From: a virus
Lineage: Duplodnaviria; Heunggongvirae; Uroviricota; Caudoviricetes
Strand: one strand, 5' to 3'
IMG/VR virus record: IMGVR_UViG_3300031998_000020
DNA length: 64,000 bases
Position numbers and translations under genes: made by a program. Below are positions 28,938 through 39,532 of the stretch, piece after piece; the first letter of the stretch is position 1; the number at the start of each line of letters is the position of its first letter. The notes under the pieces are model-generated. The model ran no database searches. It saw nothing but the letters and a program-made list of their open reading frames with translations, and was not told the origin of the DNA.

Positions 28938-28989
28938 CAAAGTTATGCTTTTTTCTTGAAACAACAAAGAAAAAATCAGATTTTTAACA
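28938..28989 (-). promoter_or_regulatory. Bacteroidota-type promoter with upstream TGTTAA box (ssb)
   Basis: Minus strand: TGTTAA (28989-28984), TTTG (28968-28965), TAACTTTG (28945-28938). Confidence 0.65.
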
Positions 28990-29259
28990 GATTTTAATAA
29001 TATTTGTTAAATCAGAATTCAAAATCCATCCTTGAAGGGCAAAATCAATAACTTCCTTGTCTGTAAATTTATAAAGCTCATCCAACAGGATACTATAATA
29101 GTATTTGCCGAGTATCTTATCAAACTGGAAAATAACTTCGGTTCTGACGTTAAGCGAATCCCATTCAGAAAGAGATAGCCTTCCGTCTTTTCTCTCGGCA
29201 TTAAGGAATATTTCAATGAGATTATCCTTAGATAAATCGTTTAGTTTCTGATGCTTCAT
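28984..29259 (-). CDS. Hypothetical protein
   Basis: 91-aa ORF with TAATTTTG/TTTG promoter upstream (29285-29316, minus strand). Confidence 0.65.
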   Translation of the reverse strand: MKHQKLNDLSKDNLIEIFLNAERKDGRLSLSEWDSLNVRTEVIFQFDKILGKYYYSILLDELYKFTDKEVIDFALQGWILNSDLTNIIKIC

Positions 29260-29371
29260 TTTATGTTAAAATTGTTTTACGGGGCAAAATTACGGAAAAA
29301 ACGGCAAAAAGCCAAATATCTTAACATTTTTTAATGAAAAATATTTATAATATATTAATACCTTATATATT

Positions 29372-29938
29372 ATGCTGACAAAAGAACAGATTATTAATAA
29401 GACAATTATCTCAGAAGGTGGATATACGGCACCGATAAACGGTGACACAGGCGGTGAAACCTACAAGGGAATTGCCCGTAACTACCACCCAAGATGGTCT
29501 GGGTGGGCAATTGTTGATGGAAACAAACCTTTGAAAAAAGGTGCTATCATAAAGAATAAGACGTTAGATGCATTGGTAGCTAAATTCTACGAGGAAAATT
29601 TTTACAATGCTGCAAAGTGCGACCAATACGAATCATCTGTGATTAAGATGCAGGTCTATGACCTTGCAGTGAACGCAGGTATTAAGAGGGCGTGTATCAC
29701 TCTACAAAAAGCTGTAAACGCTATCTATAAGGCTAATATCAGTGTTGATGGACTTATTGGTAAGATTACCCTTGGCTATGTCAACAAAAAGGATAAAATT
29801 GCCGAATTGGGCAAGGCTTTCAGGGACCAGAGAATCGCTTATTATAAGAGTATCGGTGTGGGGAGCAGGGCAAAATTCCTCAAAGGCTGGGTGAATAGGG
29901 CTAACGAAATTTACGAATATGCTGTTAAAAATTCTTAA
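29372..29938 (+). CDS. Endolysin, glycoside hydrolase family 108 with peptidoglycan-binding C-terminus
   Basis: SEGGY...GDTGGETYKGI, VNAG, VDGLIG, FLKGWVNR. Confidence 0.9.
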   Translation: MLTKEQIINKTIISEGGYTAPINGDTGGETYKGIARNYHPRWSGWAIVDGNKPLKKGAIIKNKTLDALVAKFYEENFYNAAKCDQYESSVIKMQVYDLAVNAGIKRACITLQKAVNAIYKANISVDGLIGKITLGYVNKKDKIAELGKAFRDQRIAYYKSIGVGSRAKFLKGWVNRANEIYEYAVKNS

Positions 29939-29974
29939 TTTGTTTGGTGTTTTCAATTACATTTTGTAATTTTG
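29923..29974 (+). promoter_or_regulatory. Bacteroidota-type promoter with upstream TGTTAA box
   Basis: TGTTAA 29923-29928, TTTG 29943-29946, TAATTTTG 29967-29974. Confidence 0.65.
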
Positions 29975-29988
29975 CAAACAAAAAAGAA

Positions 29989-30258
29989 ATGGCAAACAGT
30001 AATGAAATTTTCGGGCCGTCACTTTTTGACAATGACAATGCCTATCAAGCTGATTTGGCTAAGGCAAAAGCAAGTGGCAAGAAGCCAAAAAGGGTGACAA
30101 GGAAAAAAGAGAAAATCGGTCATGTAGGTGAAATCGATGCCATTGTCAAGAAACAGGAAGAGGATGGCAGACGAAGAGCCAAGGAATATGACAGATTGAA
30201 GAAACAAGGCCTTATAAAGGATATCTTCGAGAATAATAAACAACAATCACTATGTTAG
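29989..30258 (+). CDS. Small basic hypothetical protein
   Basis: ATG 29989 (MANSNEIFG) just after the promoter; track start 29944. Confidence 0.65.
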   Translation: MANSNEIFGPSLFDNDNAYQADLAKAKASGKKPKRVTRKKEKIGHVGEIDAIVKKQEEDGRRRAKEYDRLKKQGLIKDIFENNKQQSLC

Positions 30259-30419
30259 GGATTAAGGCAATGAGAGACCCAGTCAGGGGAGATGTGGCAA
30301 GGCAGATTCGTGATGCTGTTATCCGTGTTGCCACGGGACAGCTTAGTGAGCACGAATTGGCAAGTGTCAAGAAATCCCAAAAAGCCCTAAAACGTTATAA
30401 AATACAATGGGAACTATAA
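30252..30419 (+). CDS. Small hypothetical protein (55 aa)
   Basis: Hand translation MLGIKAMRDPVRGDVARQIRDAVIRVATGQLSEHELASVKKSQKALKRYKIQWEL; ends at the terminator. Confidence 0.5.
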   Translation: MLGIKAMRDPVRGDVARQIRDAVIRVATGQLSEHELASVKKSQKALKRYKIQWEL

Positions 30420-30452
30420 AAAAGAACCTCTAAAGAAAATAGAGGTTCTTTT
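30419..30452. terminator. Bidirectional terminator
   Basis: AAAGAACCTCTA / TAGAGGTTCTTT between convergent genes. Confidence 0.75.
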
Positions 30453-30457
30453 ATTTT

Positions 30458-30703
30458 TTAACGGTACAAGTCACCGTCACCAAGGTCTACATATTCTTCG
30501 CCTTTGTATGCATCGGGGTCTTCCTCGTATGGATAGTCTTCTGGCTTTGGTGATTTACTGCTATCAAAGAAGTCAGGAAGATTATCATCACCGATTGAAC
30601 CGAAATGTTGGTTAGAAATGTTTTCTTGTATCAATTGGGTAATGTACTCCATAACCATGTCACGCACATCTGATTCTGTTATTCTGAATATTTGCTTTTT
30701 CAT
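30458..30703 (-). CDS. Small acidic late protein with RITESD motif
   Basis: MKKQIFRITESDVRDMVMEYITQLIQE; TATTTATA 15 nt upstream on the minus strand. Confidence 0.65.
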   Translation of the reverse strand: MKKQIFRITESDVRDMVMEYITQLIQENISNQHFGSIGDDNLPDFFDSSKSPKPEDYPYEEDPDAYKGEEYVDLGDGDLYR

Positions 30704-30822
30704 AATAAATGGTTTTTATATAAATAGCTTCTATTTGGATTAGAGGGTGTATTCCATATATTTTAAAGAGACGAGAAAACGACTATTTATATAATAATAT
30801 ATTAAATTTATTAAGTATAACG

Positions 30823-33800
30823 ATGGCGAATTATACTCAGAAGTACACACCTATCCAGCAAGGCATGAAAGGTATTGTAGTTGCGAATGTAACCAATACC
30901 AACTTTGCCAAAATATGGGAGGAACTCAATCGCTTGAAGGCTGAAAACGAAGAACTAAAGAGGACTGCGATGATTGGAAATAACGGCACTGGTGGAATTA
31001 CCAACGATGCCGTTGTTAATGTCATGTATAATCCTCAGACAATTATTGCCAAGACCGAATACGAGGATTGCGACTATTATGTTGATGTCAAGGTAATGTG
31101 TGGCCAGCAAGAACTCAAAGTGGGTACGGATAGCCCTGCTAAGTTCACATTCGAGGCAAGCTGTGATAATAATATCAGTGAAGCTGGTATTGTGGCTAAT
31201 GTTGCAATAGTCGAGACAGATGATGACAGACTAAGGCTTAAAGTTACAGTCAAGCCAGGTGCTATAAGTGATGGTAGCTTTGATTTTTACGTAAAATACA
31301 ATAATATCACCTACAACTACACTGTTACGGTTGTAGTAATCAATAGTGACTCTGGTATTGAATATGCTCAAGGCGTTTTCATGTCTACCATCTTTACAAG
31401 AAGTGATGGACAGCCAGAACGCCCTACAGGTGGTGATTTCAATATTCCACTACCAACTACATTGAGCAATGGACTCGGAATCATGCATCAAGGTTGGACT
31501 GATGGCATACCTTCTGGTACAAAGCCATTGTGGACTTCTCATCGTAAGTTCACCAATAATGGTAAAAGCCCACAGGACGATACTTGGTCAGAACCTATAC
31601 TGGCTATGGATAGTTCTGATTTTGACGTTTGCTTTACCTCTGGCACGACAAACGGCGATGTGCCACAAGAGCCATTACAACATGGAGACCAAGATGCCTA
31701 TGAAGACCCAAGCGGTTGGCATAACATCGGAAATGAATTCGATGTATGGATGGCTACAAGTGTAAAGAACGGTAATGAATGGGGACCTTGGAGTATCATA
31801 AAAGTCAAGGGTGAAGACGGCTCAATGAGTGACTGGAAAGACACTATTTACAAGGAGTCTTCCACACAACCAGCAACGCCAACAGCCAATGACCCTGACG
31901 ATTTCGTCGACAATCCATCTGCGGAAGCACCTAATGACGGTTGGCACGACATGCCAAACGACAACGGTACATGGTGGATGTCTTGTGCGTATGTGAATGG
32001 TGACACTGGTAAAGTTGATGAGTGGTCTATCCCTGTTATGGTAGCAGGTGGTACAGGACAAGGTGTGTTTGTATCAAATGTGTTTACAAGGTCATTCGAC
32101 AAGCCTTTCCAGCCTACAGGTGGCGATTATGGTACGCCTATACCAGATGGCGGTGACTGGTCAGACGGTATTCCTAGCGGTAATGGGAATGCTGCACCTG
32201 TGTGGACTTCACATAGAACATTCACAAGTGATGGTATGTCCCCACAGACTGATACTTGGTCAGAACCTATATTAATGGTGGATACTGCTGATTTTGACTG
32301 TTGTTTCAGTTCTTACGAGGGCATCCCAGAAGCACCTCAGAGACATGGAGACCAGAGTTCATATACTGACCCTTACGGTTGGCATAACGAAGGTACTTCT
32401 GATGATATCTGGATGGCTACTTCGTCTAAGCCAGCCAATAGCACACAATGGGGTAATTGGGTGATAACCAAAATCAAGGGTGAAAGCGGTGTGGATGGTA
32501 ACTATACAAGTTACATCTTCAAGTCTGCATCGGGTACTTCTATTGATGCACCTACAGTCACCATTCCTGAATATTTCGTCGATAAGGCTGATAATGAGCT
32601 TCGCTATGATACTGGTACCTCTATTCAGCCTGGCGATGATGCCTATGAACGTAACAGGGGTTGGAAAGACGGACCTGGTATTGACTACGAAAATGATGGG
32701 CTTACATGGTGGATGTCATGTGGTGTCATTGATGGTTCAACAGGCAGGGTAATGCAAGACGGCTGGTCAAAACCTATCCCGATGGATGGTAGGGACGGAG
32801 CATCTACAGAATACAGATATGGCATTAATGACAGTGAGGTAGACCCTCCAAGAATGGACCAGATTGATGATGATACAGTGTGGAGTGATACTGTGGCAGG
32901 TGCTTTGCATAATCAAAGTGTCAAAGACGGTGTAACTCCAGACTATGCAACTGTGCCTTCTAATCACTATATGTGGATGGCTATGAGAAGGTCTATTCTC
33001 GTAGAAGGCGTTCTTACCCCTCAGAGTTGGGAGTATTGTAGGGTGACAGGTGAGAAAGGTGAATCTGGTACACAACTAAAGGTCAAGGACACAAAAGAGA
33101 GTTACGAAGAGTTATTCTTGATTGCTGTTAATAGTAACAACACACCAAGGGCTACTCTTCCAGAAGACGGTGACACTTATGTTGTAAACAAGGATATGTG
33201 GGTATGGTCTGATGCTGCTGAATGGGTGCATGCAGACAACACAACCAGAAGCAAATACAACACTAACCTTGACCCAGCCAAGTGGAAGAATTGTGGACCT
33301 ATTGTCGGCCCTTCTGGTGCAACTACATATTTCCATGTTAAGTATGCTAAAGCTCTGACCCTGTCCGCAGAAACAGAGAATCATGAAATAATATGGTATC
33401 CAAACGAAGCCTTCAATAGTGCGGATGGTTGTAGATACCTTGGTACTCGTGTGGACATACAAAAAGAAGCCTTAGATGGGCCTCAATACTACTCAGGTTA
33501 TACTTGGGGTCAATTCACAGGTGAGGACGGTTATGGATATGAATACATTTACAGGTTGAGTGATACCAATCCAGCCCAATTTACCGTACCTACAAAGGAG
33601 CAGTGTACCCCTTACAACGGCAAGAACTTTGATGATAACGACTACGTACCTTCTGGCTGGACTGATAACCCGACAGGTATTAGTACATTGTATCCATACG
33701 AGTTTATGGCATCAAGAATTAGAGAGAACGGTGTATGGCAACCATTCAAGGGACAGCCAAGTTCAAATGTTACTCCTATACTCCATTCTTATAGAGGCAA

Positions 33801-36800
33801 AGATGCGCCTTACGAAGAGAGGCAGTGGCATGCCTTTCAGTCAATGGTGCTTACTGATGCCATGAAGAATGCGCTTGACTGGCAGACTACAATTCCTAAC
33901 GCTAATGTTTATCAGCACGATTATATCTGGCAGAGGACGAGGATTGTAACCCCTGCTTACGGTTCACAAACTGCTGATACGAGAACAGAATGGGAATACC
34001 TCAGAGTTTCAGGTGAAAAGGGTAATGTAGGTACAGGAATTCAGCTTAATGGAACTTGCAAAAGCCTTGATGAGCTGTTCAGGCTGGCATATGACAATCC
34101 TCAAGCAGGAACTGGTTATAGGGAGAATAAGATAAGCGGTGGTACTGCCTATACCGTATCAGGAGACTTGTGGGTATGGAACGAGGCGAACGACGATATC
34201 CTTTCAGCAAACACGGATGAACATGGTAGTCACGTTGATTATGGCACCAATATCCCTTGTCACCACTGGCGTAACGGTGGACAGATTAAGGGAGAGGCTT
34301 CACATATCCATATCAAGTACGCTAAAGTAGCATCGGCAGTAACCGAAAGCGTGAGTGGCGTTCAAGTGACAAAATACTATGTGCTTGATAATGACTGGCT
34401 TACAACCAAAATAACCCCTGGTGATGGTGAATTACCAGGTAAGTATATCGGTATTTGCTATAACAACACAGAGGATGACCCAGACCCAATACCTGAAGGT
34501 GGCGGTTTGGTTTCACCGTACTCATGGACTCTATTCCAAGGTGAGGATGGTCTTGATTACGAAATGATATACACTCGTACAAGTGGTAACACTGCCCCTG
34601 CTGTGCCTAATATCACAGGTAATCTCCTAAGTGGTAATACAACAGCAGTAGTTGCTGACGAGGACAGAGGCTTTAATGCCGATGGTTCGCCAAAATACTA
34701 TACGACAAAATATTATTCGGATGCCGATTTTGTGCCTTGTTATAAAAAGAACGATAATAGCAAGACAACAAGGGGTGATAATGGTCAGCCAGTTACAACC
34801 TGTAACTGGACGGATAACCCTATGGGTACCACAGAAGCACTTCCTTACGAATGGGCAGCAAAACGTGATAAGGTTAATGGTATTTGGACTGATTTCTACG
34901 GTAGGGCAGACAAAACAAACGAGTGTGTGTTGTATAACAAGTACGGCAGAAGCTCTATGGAAATCAACATCCCTACTGGCCAATACATCTATTATCCAAT
35001 AGGCAGTGACGGCTATGCTAACCAAGTTGATAAGGTAATTGAGTTTGTTATCTCGAAAGACGGTGAGATACTTAATGCCGATAGGATTGAATTCAGTGAT
35101 GTAAGTATTACTAATGACGGTAATCCTTCAACAAGTGGAATGAGTAATTATTTTAGCACTTATTCAGGCTATACAACAGGTGGTAGCAATGATTGTGCTA
35201 ATCCACATATCCACTTGATTAACAAGAGGTTTAAGCTGAACGACCAATATCAATACAGCTTTACTTGTACATTAACTATTGGTGGACAAGAATATAAGAA
35301 GACATTCTACTTCCAACTGGAGCCTAAAGGTGAAAAGGGTAAGGATGGTGAAAACATCGTTGAATACACCATTGTACCTGACAAAACATCCTTGAAAATG
35401 ACTTCGGCTGGTAGCTTGGATATGGGTACTAATGATGGTATTTCTATTGAGTGTTTTGTCAAAAGTGGTGATACTGTCACGAAGATTGCTTTCGGTAGTA
35501 TTGATGGTAACAAATACGGATTAACGTATAAGGTTGACAGTCTGGAGGAAGCTACTATATATCGTGATTCAAGAACTTCTGGCGGTGATATGTCTAATGG
35601 CTTCATACCGAAAAGCTCAATCCAGAATGTGACCAAACAAGTGACCTTGTATTTGAGAAATAACGGCAATGCTGTTCAGGCAATCACCATACCTACGGTA
35701 TATGATGGTCAGGGTGGAAGTAGAACAAACTTGTTCGGCAAGGAGAATCCTATTAAGTTTAGCGGTGGCAACAAGGTTGTTTCACAAGTCATGCATACGG
35801 ATACAGGATTTGCAGCAATCCTCGAAGTTACCAATATGGCATTCTTAAGTGCCAATATCGGTGATAATCCATTTGAGCCGTGTCTTGTTAGCGGAGATAC
35901 CTACATGCTGAGTTATGAAATCCGATTCAGGAACATAAGTAATTGTACAGCGATTAATTATTTTCCAGAAGACGTTGGCACGGGTCCACAAAGCCAGAGT
36001 CTCACACTTTCTGGGGATGGATTTACGAATTGGGTTAGTGCTTCAAGAAGAATTGATTGGTATAAGCCTGGGGATATAAGCAATGTAAGCGAGTATAATA
36101 GGATAAGGCTAAAAATTGGTTATCTGCAAGGTAGCAACAAGACATGGAAAATTGCAATGGAGGTGAGAAAACTCAAGCTTGAGCATCTACCTAATACTTC
36201 AATGCCAGCAACAGAGTTTGATGGGCTAGCCGTAGGTCACGGCATCCAAAACAACAACATACTACAAGGCAGTGGCGTATTTAAGGCACCTTTTGTAAAA
36301 CCAACCAGTAGCAGTTTAGTGACGAATATCATACCATACGGCTATTGTGGTAATCATGTGTTTACCGTATATGAGAAAAGCAATTCATATAACACTGCTA
36401 TTCTCAAATATACGACCAGAGTTTCTGAGGGTAAATATTATACTGTAAGTTGGTATCAGAAAGCCCAATACTCAGGAAGCACAAGCCCTGGTTATATCAG
36501 ATTCAGCTTAAAGGGTACGGATTGGTCACTATTGCCTGTAACTATGGCTGTTTGCTCAGAAGACGGGCCTGTGTTCAAGACAAATGTTAATAACCAGATT
36601 ATAGAGACTAGCCATGATTTGACAGGAGAATGGAAAAGGCATAGTATGACCTTCTATTCAAGTGGAGATGAAAGTTCGTCTGATGAATTTGAACTCAGGT
36701 GGTATTTCTATGTTAATGGGCATTACACAACTTCCGACAGGTCAACTGCATATATAGCAATGCCTAAACTTGAAGAATCTGACTATCCTACTGGCTGGTG

Positions 36801-38058
36801 CCCAAACGAGGCAGATAGGATAGGTAAGCCTTTAAGAGGCCCAAGAAATTGGGAGGCTGGTGAAGTCTATCAAGGCGGCGGTGTAGAGGATGATTTTCAG
36901 GATATCGTTATGCACTTAAACCAGAATGTCATGTACCTCTGTAAGGTAACACATACTGCAAGTAATGATAACAACCCTTCTAACGGTACTACGACTAACG
37001 GCTGGACCACATCAATGCCTTGGGCTGTGACACAGAAGGTAGCCTTTATTGCTTCAGATGTGATATGGTCTGAAAATTTCAAGTCTCACATGATGGACGT
37101 TGTCCAAGGAAGGGTAGAACAGCTTATCATTAATAAGTTAAATACAGAGAGTACAAACGGTGGAGCTACCATTAAGATTGAAAATGGTGTGATGGAGGCT
37201 TATGGAAGAAACGGTAATAAAAACATAGAAATTGGTGTAGATGACCAAGGTCGAGCCGTTCTGAAATTCTTCGACATCAATGGCAACTACCAGTACAATC
37301 TTGGCCCAGAGGACATTACATCGGAAGTCAAAAAAGCGGCTGCTTATTATAGTTCAATGAACTATGTCAGGATACAGGATAATGGTATTTTCCGAGACGG
37401 GCCTGATGCGCCAATGTGTTTTTATTTCAATGATAATTACAACGATTGGGTATATGCTGGAAGTAATGGCTATCTTATGGTTAATACAACAAAGGTATAT
37501 CAATTCCATGACGGTTACATAGCACAAGGTAATGTAATGAAATTCACGACAAGGTTAAGTATTTCAAGCTCTGGTGATACAGAATTCAACTTAGAGTCAC
37601 ATAGTACTTACCATGAGAGATTCTTCAGTTCGTCAGGAAACACAGGTGCATTAGAACCTTCGACTGGAAATTACTTGGGACCGATAACTAGTGGACAGAA
37701 AAGTTGGGTTGGTATATGTACAGCATCATTCGCACCAATATACCCTAATGTGGGTGCAGGATGGAGTCAAAACAGTAGTTTATTATTCTATGCGAATGGA
37801 ATTGCAGAGTTTACCATGAAACTTTATTTCAACAATTACAATGAAAACAACACCTACGAAAACTCGACTTTACATGCGTGGGCAAAAAACCTAGCAGGGG
37901 AATGGAAACATATTTCCAAGGTTGCTGGAATAAGTGTTGACAGTTGGTCTCAAATAGGAAACAAGACATATCGACAAGTTGCAGCTTGGCAGGACAGTTC
38001 GACATCGTGGGATGCATTTGATTGGGAAGCAGCTAAGAGCTTTAGAAAAAATACATAG
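30823..38058 (+). CDS. Giant modular tail fibre/adhesin (2411 aa)
   Basis: Duplicated Trp-rich modules joined by short collagen-like linkers (KGEDG, GRDG, GEKG); carbohydrate-binding-like modules (MPKLEESDYPTGW); IEIGVDDQGRAVLKF segment. Confidence 0.8.
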   Translation: MANYTQKYTPIQQGMKGIVVANVTNTNFAKIWEELNRLKAENEELKRTAMIGNNGTGGITNDAVVNVMYNPQTIIAKTEYEDCDYYVDVKVMCGQQELKVGTDSPAKFTFEASCDNNISEAGIVANVAIVETDDDRLRLKVTVKPGAISDGSFDFYVKYNNITYNYTVTVVVINSDSGIEYAQGVFMSTIFTRSDGQPERPTGGDFNIPLPTTLSNGLGIMHQGWTDGIPSGTKPLWTSHRKFTNNGKSPQDDTWSEPILAMDSSDFDVCFTSGTTNGDVPQEPLQHGDQDAYEDPSGWHNIGNEFDVWMATSVKNGNEWGPWSIIKVKGEDGSMSDWKDTIYKESSTQPATPTANDPDDFVDNPSAEAPNDGWHDMPNDNGTWWMSCAYVNGDTGKVDEWSIPVMVAGGTGQGVFVSNVFTRSFDKPFQPTGGDYGTPIPDGGDWSDGIPSGNGNAAPVWTSHRTFTSDGMSPQTDTWSEPILMVDTADFDCCFSSYEGIPEAPQRHGDQSSYTDPYGWHNEGTSDDIWMATSSKPANSTQWGNWVITKIKGESGVDGNYTSYIFKSASGTSIDAPTVTIPEYFVDKADNELRYDTGTSIQPGDDAYERNRGWKDGPGIDYENDGLTWWMSCGVIDGSTGRVMQDGWSKPIPMDGRDGASTEYRYGINDSEVDPPRMDQIDDDTVWSDTVAGALHNQSVKDGVTPDYATVPSNHYMWMAMRRSILVEGVLTPQSWEYCRVTGEKGESGTQLKVKDTKESYEELFLIAVNSNNTPRATLPEDGDTYVVNKDMWVWSDAAEWVHADNTTRSKYNTNLDPAKWKNCGPIVGPSGATTYFHVKYAKALTLSAETENHEIIWYPNEAFNSADGCRYLGTRVDIQKEALDGPQYYSGYTWGQFTGEDGYGYEYIYRLSDTNPAQFTVPTKEQCTPYNGKNFDDNDYVPSGWTDNPTGISTLYPYEFMASRIRENGVWQPFKGQPSSNVTPILHSYRGKDAPYEERQWHAFQSMVLTDAMKNALDWQTTIPNANVYQHDYIWQRTRIVTPAYGSQTADTRTEWEYLRVSGEKGNVGTGIQLNGTCKSLDELFRLAYDNPQAGTGYRENKISGGTAYTVSGDLWVWNEANDDILSANTDEHGSHVDYGTNIPCHHWRNGGQIKGEASHIHIKYAKVASAVTESVSGVQVTKYYVLDNDWLTTKITPGDGELPGKYIGICYNNTEDDPDPIPEGGGLVSPYSWTLFQGEDGLDYEMIYTRTSGNTAPAVPNITGNLLSGNTTAVVADEDRGFNADGSPKYYTTKYYSDADFVPCYKKNDNSKTTRGDNGQPVTTCNWTDNPMGTTEALPYEWAAKRDKVNGIWTDFYGRADKTNECVLYNKYGRSSMEINIPTGQYIYYPIGSDGYANQVDKVIEFVISKDGEILNADRIEFSDVSITNDGNPSTSGMSNYFSTYSGYTTGGSNDCANPHIHLINKRFKLNDQYQYSFTCTLTIGGQEYKKTFYFQLEPKGEKGKDGENIVEYTIVPDKTSLKMTSAGSLDMGTNDGISIECFVKSGDTVTKIAFGSIDGNKYGLTYKVDSLEEATIYRDSRTSGGDMSNGFIPKSSIQNVTKQVTLYLRNNGNAVQAITIPTVYDGQGGSRTNLFGKENPIKFSGGNKVVSQVMHTDTGFAAILEVTNMAFLSANIGDNPFEPCLVSGDTYMLSYEIRFRNISNCTAINYFPEDVGTGPQSQSLTLSGDGFTNWVSASRRIDWYKPGDISNVSEYNRIRLKIGYLQGSNKTWKIAMEVRKLKLEHLPNTSMPATEFDGLAVGHGIQNNNILQGSGVFKAPFVKPTSSSLVTNIIPYGYCGNHVFTVYEKSNSYNTAILKYTTRVSEGKYYTVSWYQKAQYSGSTSPGYIRFSLKGTDWSLLPVTMAVCSEDGPVFKTNVNNQIIETSHDLTGEWKRHSMTFYSSGDESSSDEFELRWYFYVNGHYTTSDRSTAYIAMPKLEESDYPTGWCPNEADRIGKPLRGPRNWEAGEVYQGGGVEDDFQDIVMHLNQNVMYLCKVTHTASNDNNPSNGTTTNGWTTSMPWAVTQKVAFIASDVIWSENFKSHMMDVVQGRVEQLIINKLNTESTNGGATIKIENGVMEAYGRNGNKNIEIGVDDQGRAVLKFFDINGNYQYNLGPEDITSEVKKAAAYYSSMNYVRIQDNGIFRDGPDAPMCFYFNDNYNDWVYAGSNGYLMVNTTKVYQFHDGYIAQGNVMKFTTRLSISSSGDTEFNLESHSTYHERFFSSSGNTGALEPSTGNYLGPITSGQKSWVGICTASFAPIYPNVGAGWSQNSSLLFYANGIAEFTMKLYFNNYNENNTYENSTLHAWAKNLAGEWKHISKVAGISVDSWSQIGNKTYRQVAAWQDSSTSWDAFDWEAAKSFRKNT

Positions 38059-38065
38059 TGTAAAT

Positions 38066-38102
38066 AAAAAAGGACCTCTATTGAATTAGAGGCCCTTTTT
38101 TT
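38066..38102. terminator. Bidirectional terminator
   Basis: A tract-GGACCTCTA / TAGAGGCCC-T tract between convergent genes. Confidence 0.75.
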
Positions 38103-39525
38103 ATTCTTGATTTTCTGGATTTGAATACCAACCTGCATCGAATCTCGGATGTAAGAAATAACCCGTATTATCATGTAATATAATGTATTCACTCAGGAAA
38201 CCAGACTGGTCTTGCATCCACACACTCTCACCTAAAGAAAGTTGCTTTTGCTCCCATTCATGACCGTCATATTGAATGAGGTAAACATGATATTCACCAA
38301 CAGGGAACGCATCACCAATAGAATAATTCAGATTAGATGTAATCCAGTATTGGCTACCTATTTTCTTAACCTGGTAATCATCACCTAAAATGTTGACGGT
38401 TGAATCAGACAAATCAATAGTAGTGCTTGAAACATCAGCAACAAGCCTAATGGAATATGATACTGAATTGTCAGTTTCACCTGAATCAATATCATCGTTT
38501 GCTGTACGAAGTTTAATGTACTGGCCATCTGCCGTAGCGTAGAAACAAGTGTCAAATTCTTCTTCATCCTCTTGTTCAAAGCCTGTAGGAAGAGCTTGGA
38601 ATCCAAAAACATCATAACCGTCCCATCCTGATTCTGCTTTGAGTGCCAATCCTCTTTCATTGTCAATACATTCTTGATTACTAAAGAGAATATCGAAGTC
38701 AGACATGCTTGGAACACGCCAAATTAAGCCCTCTGCAAGGAGTTTATCGTTTATCTGGGCAATTGTACTATTAGGGTACAAATAGCCCCTCACAGAAGCT
38801 TGTTTGGCAAGGACGTATCTATTACCATACACCTCTTCGGCATCACCTATTGAATTGACAATACCAAGAATCGGCTTTTTAGTGACAGCCTTATCGATGT
38901 GTGGTGTTGAAGTTGCAACATCAAGAGTTTTTTCTTCTTTGTATATAGGTACTGCAACTTCGTGAGGTGTTCCGTCAGAATCGGTCCAGTTGAGTATAAC
39001 AACAGTATTGCTGTCACCACTAAATGAAGCATGAACAGAAGTATCTACTGGTATCGGCTCATCCTCACCACCTGGTTCGGTTTCACCGCTTTCATCAGGT
39101 ATTATTTCAGGGTCTGTACCATTAAGGCTGATTACAATATCAGTAAGTCCAGAACCATTCCTTTCTAAGTGGATGGTGTTAGTATCTGCATCGTAGTAAC
39201 CGCTTTTGATATCGTAGTCCTTGAGTGTAAGGAAGTTCTCATCAAGGTCTTGAGCAGTCAGCTTACAGTTCTTGGTGACATCATCGGGAACTTGCACAAT
39301 CGTGGTAGTAGTTGTAGAACTAACACCACTAAAGGCATCGTATTTGGTTTCCACAATTATCGTCCTGCCTGATTCATCCTCAGTAACACTTGAGGTTGTT
39401 TCAGGTTCTTCATCATCTACCCACACATTGGTATCTACTCTGGTTTCCGTAACAGAGGATTCAGAAAAATAAGGGGTTTCCCTTTTGTAGAATATCAGTC
39501 TTTCTTTATCGTTTATGTTTTCCAT
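38101..39525 (-). CDS. Acidic structural protein with FISUMP (Fib_succ_major)-like domain
   Basis: GYLY, WRVPS, LKAESGW, GFQALPTG, YSIRLV, KIGSQYWITSNL; likely start ATG 39525 (track 39570). Confidence 0.65.
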   Translation of the reverse strand: MENINDKERLIFYKRETPYFSESSVTETRVDTNVWVDDEEPETTSSVTEDESGRTIIVETKYDAFSGVSSTTTTTIVQVPDDVTKNCKLTAQDLDENFLTLKDYDIKSGYYDADTNTIHLERNGSGLTDIVISLNGTDPEIIPDESGETEPGGEDEPIPVDTSVHASFSGDSNTVVILNWTDSDGTPHEVAVPIYKEEKTLDVATSTPHIDKAVTKKPILGIVNSIGDAEEVYGNRYVLAKQASVRGYLYPNSTIAQINDKLLAEGLIWRVPSMSDFDILFSNQECIDNERGLALKAESGWDGYDVFGFQALPTGFEQEDEEEFDTCFYATADGQYIKLRTANDDIDSGETDNSVSYSIRLVADVSSTTIDLSDSTVNILGDDYQVKKIGSQYWITSNLNYSIGDAFPVGEYHVYLIQYDGHEWEQKQLSLGESVWMQDQSGFLSEYIILHDNTGYFLHPRFDAGWYSNPENQE

Positions 39526-39532
39526 AGCAATT

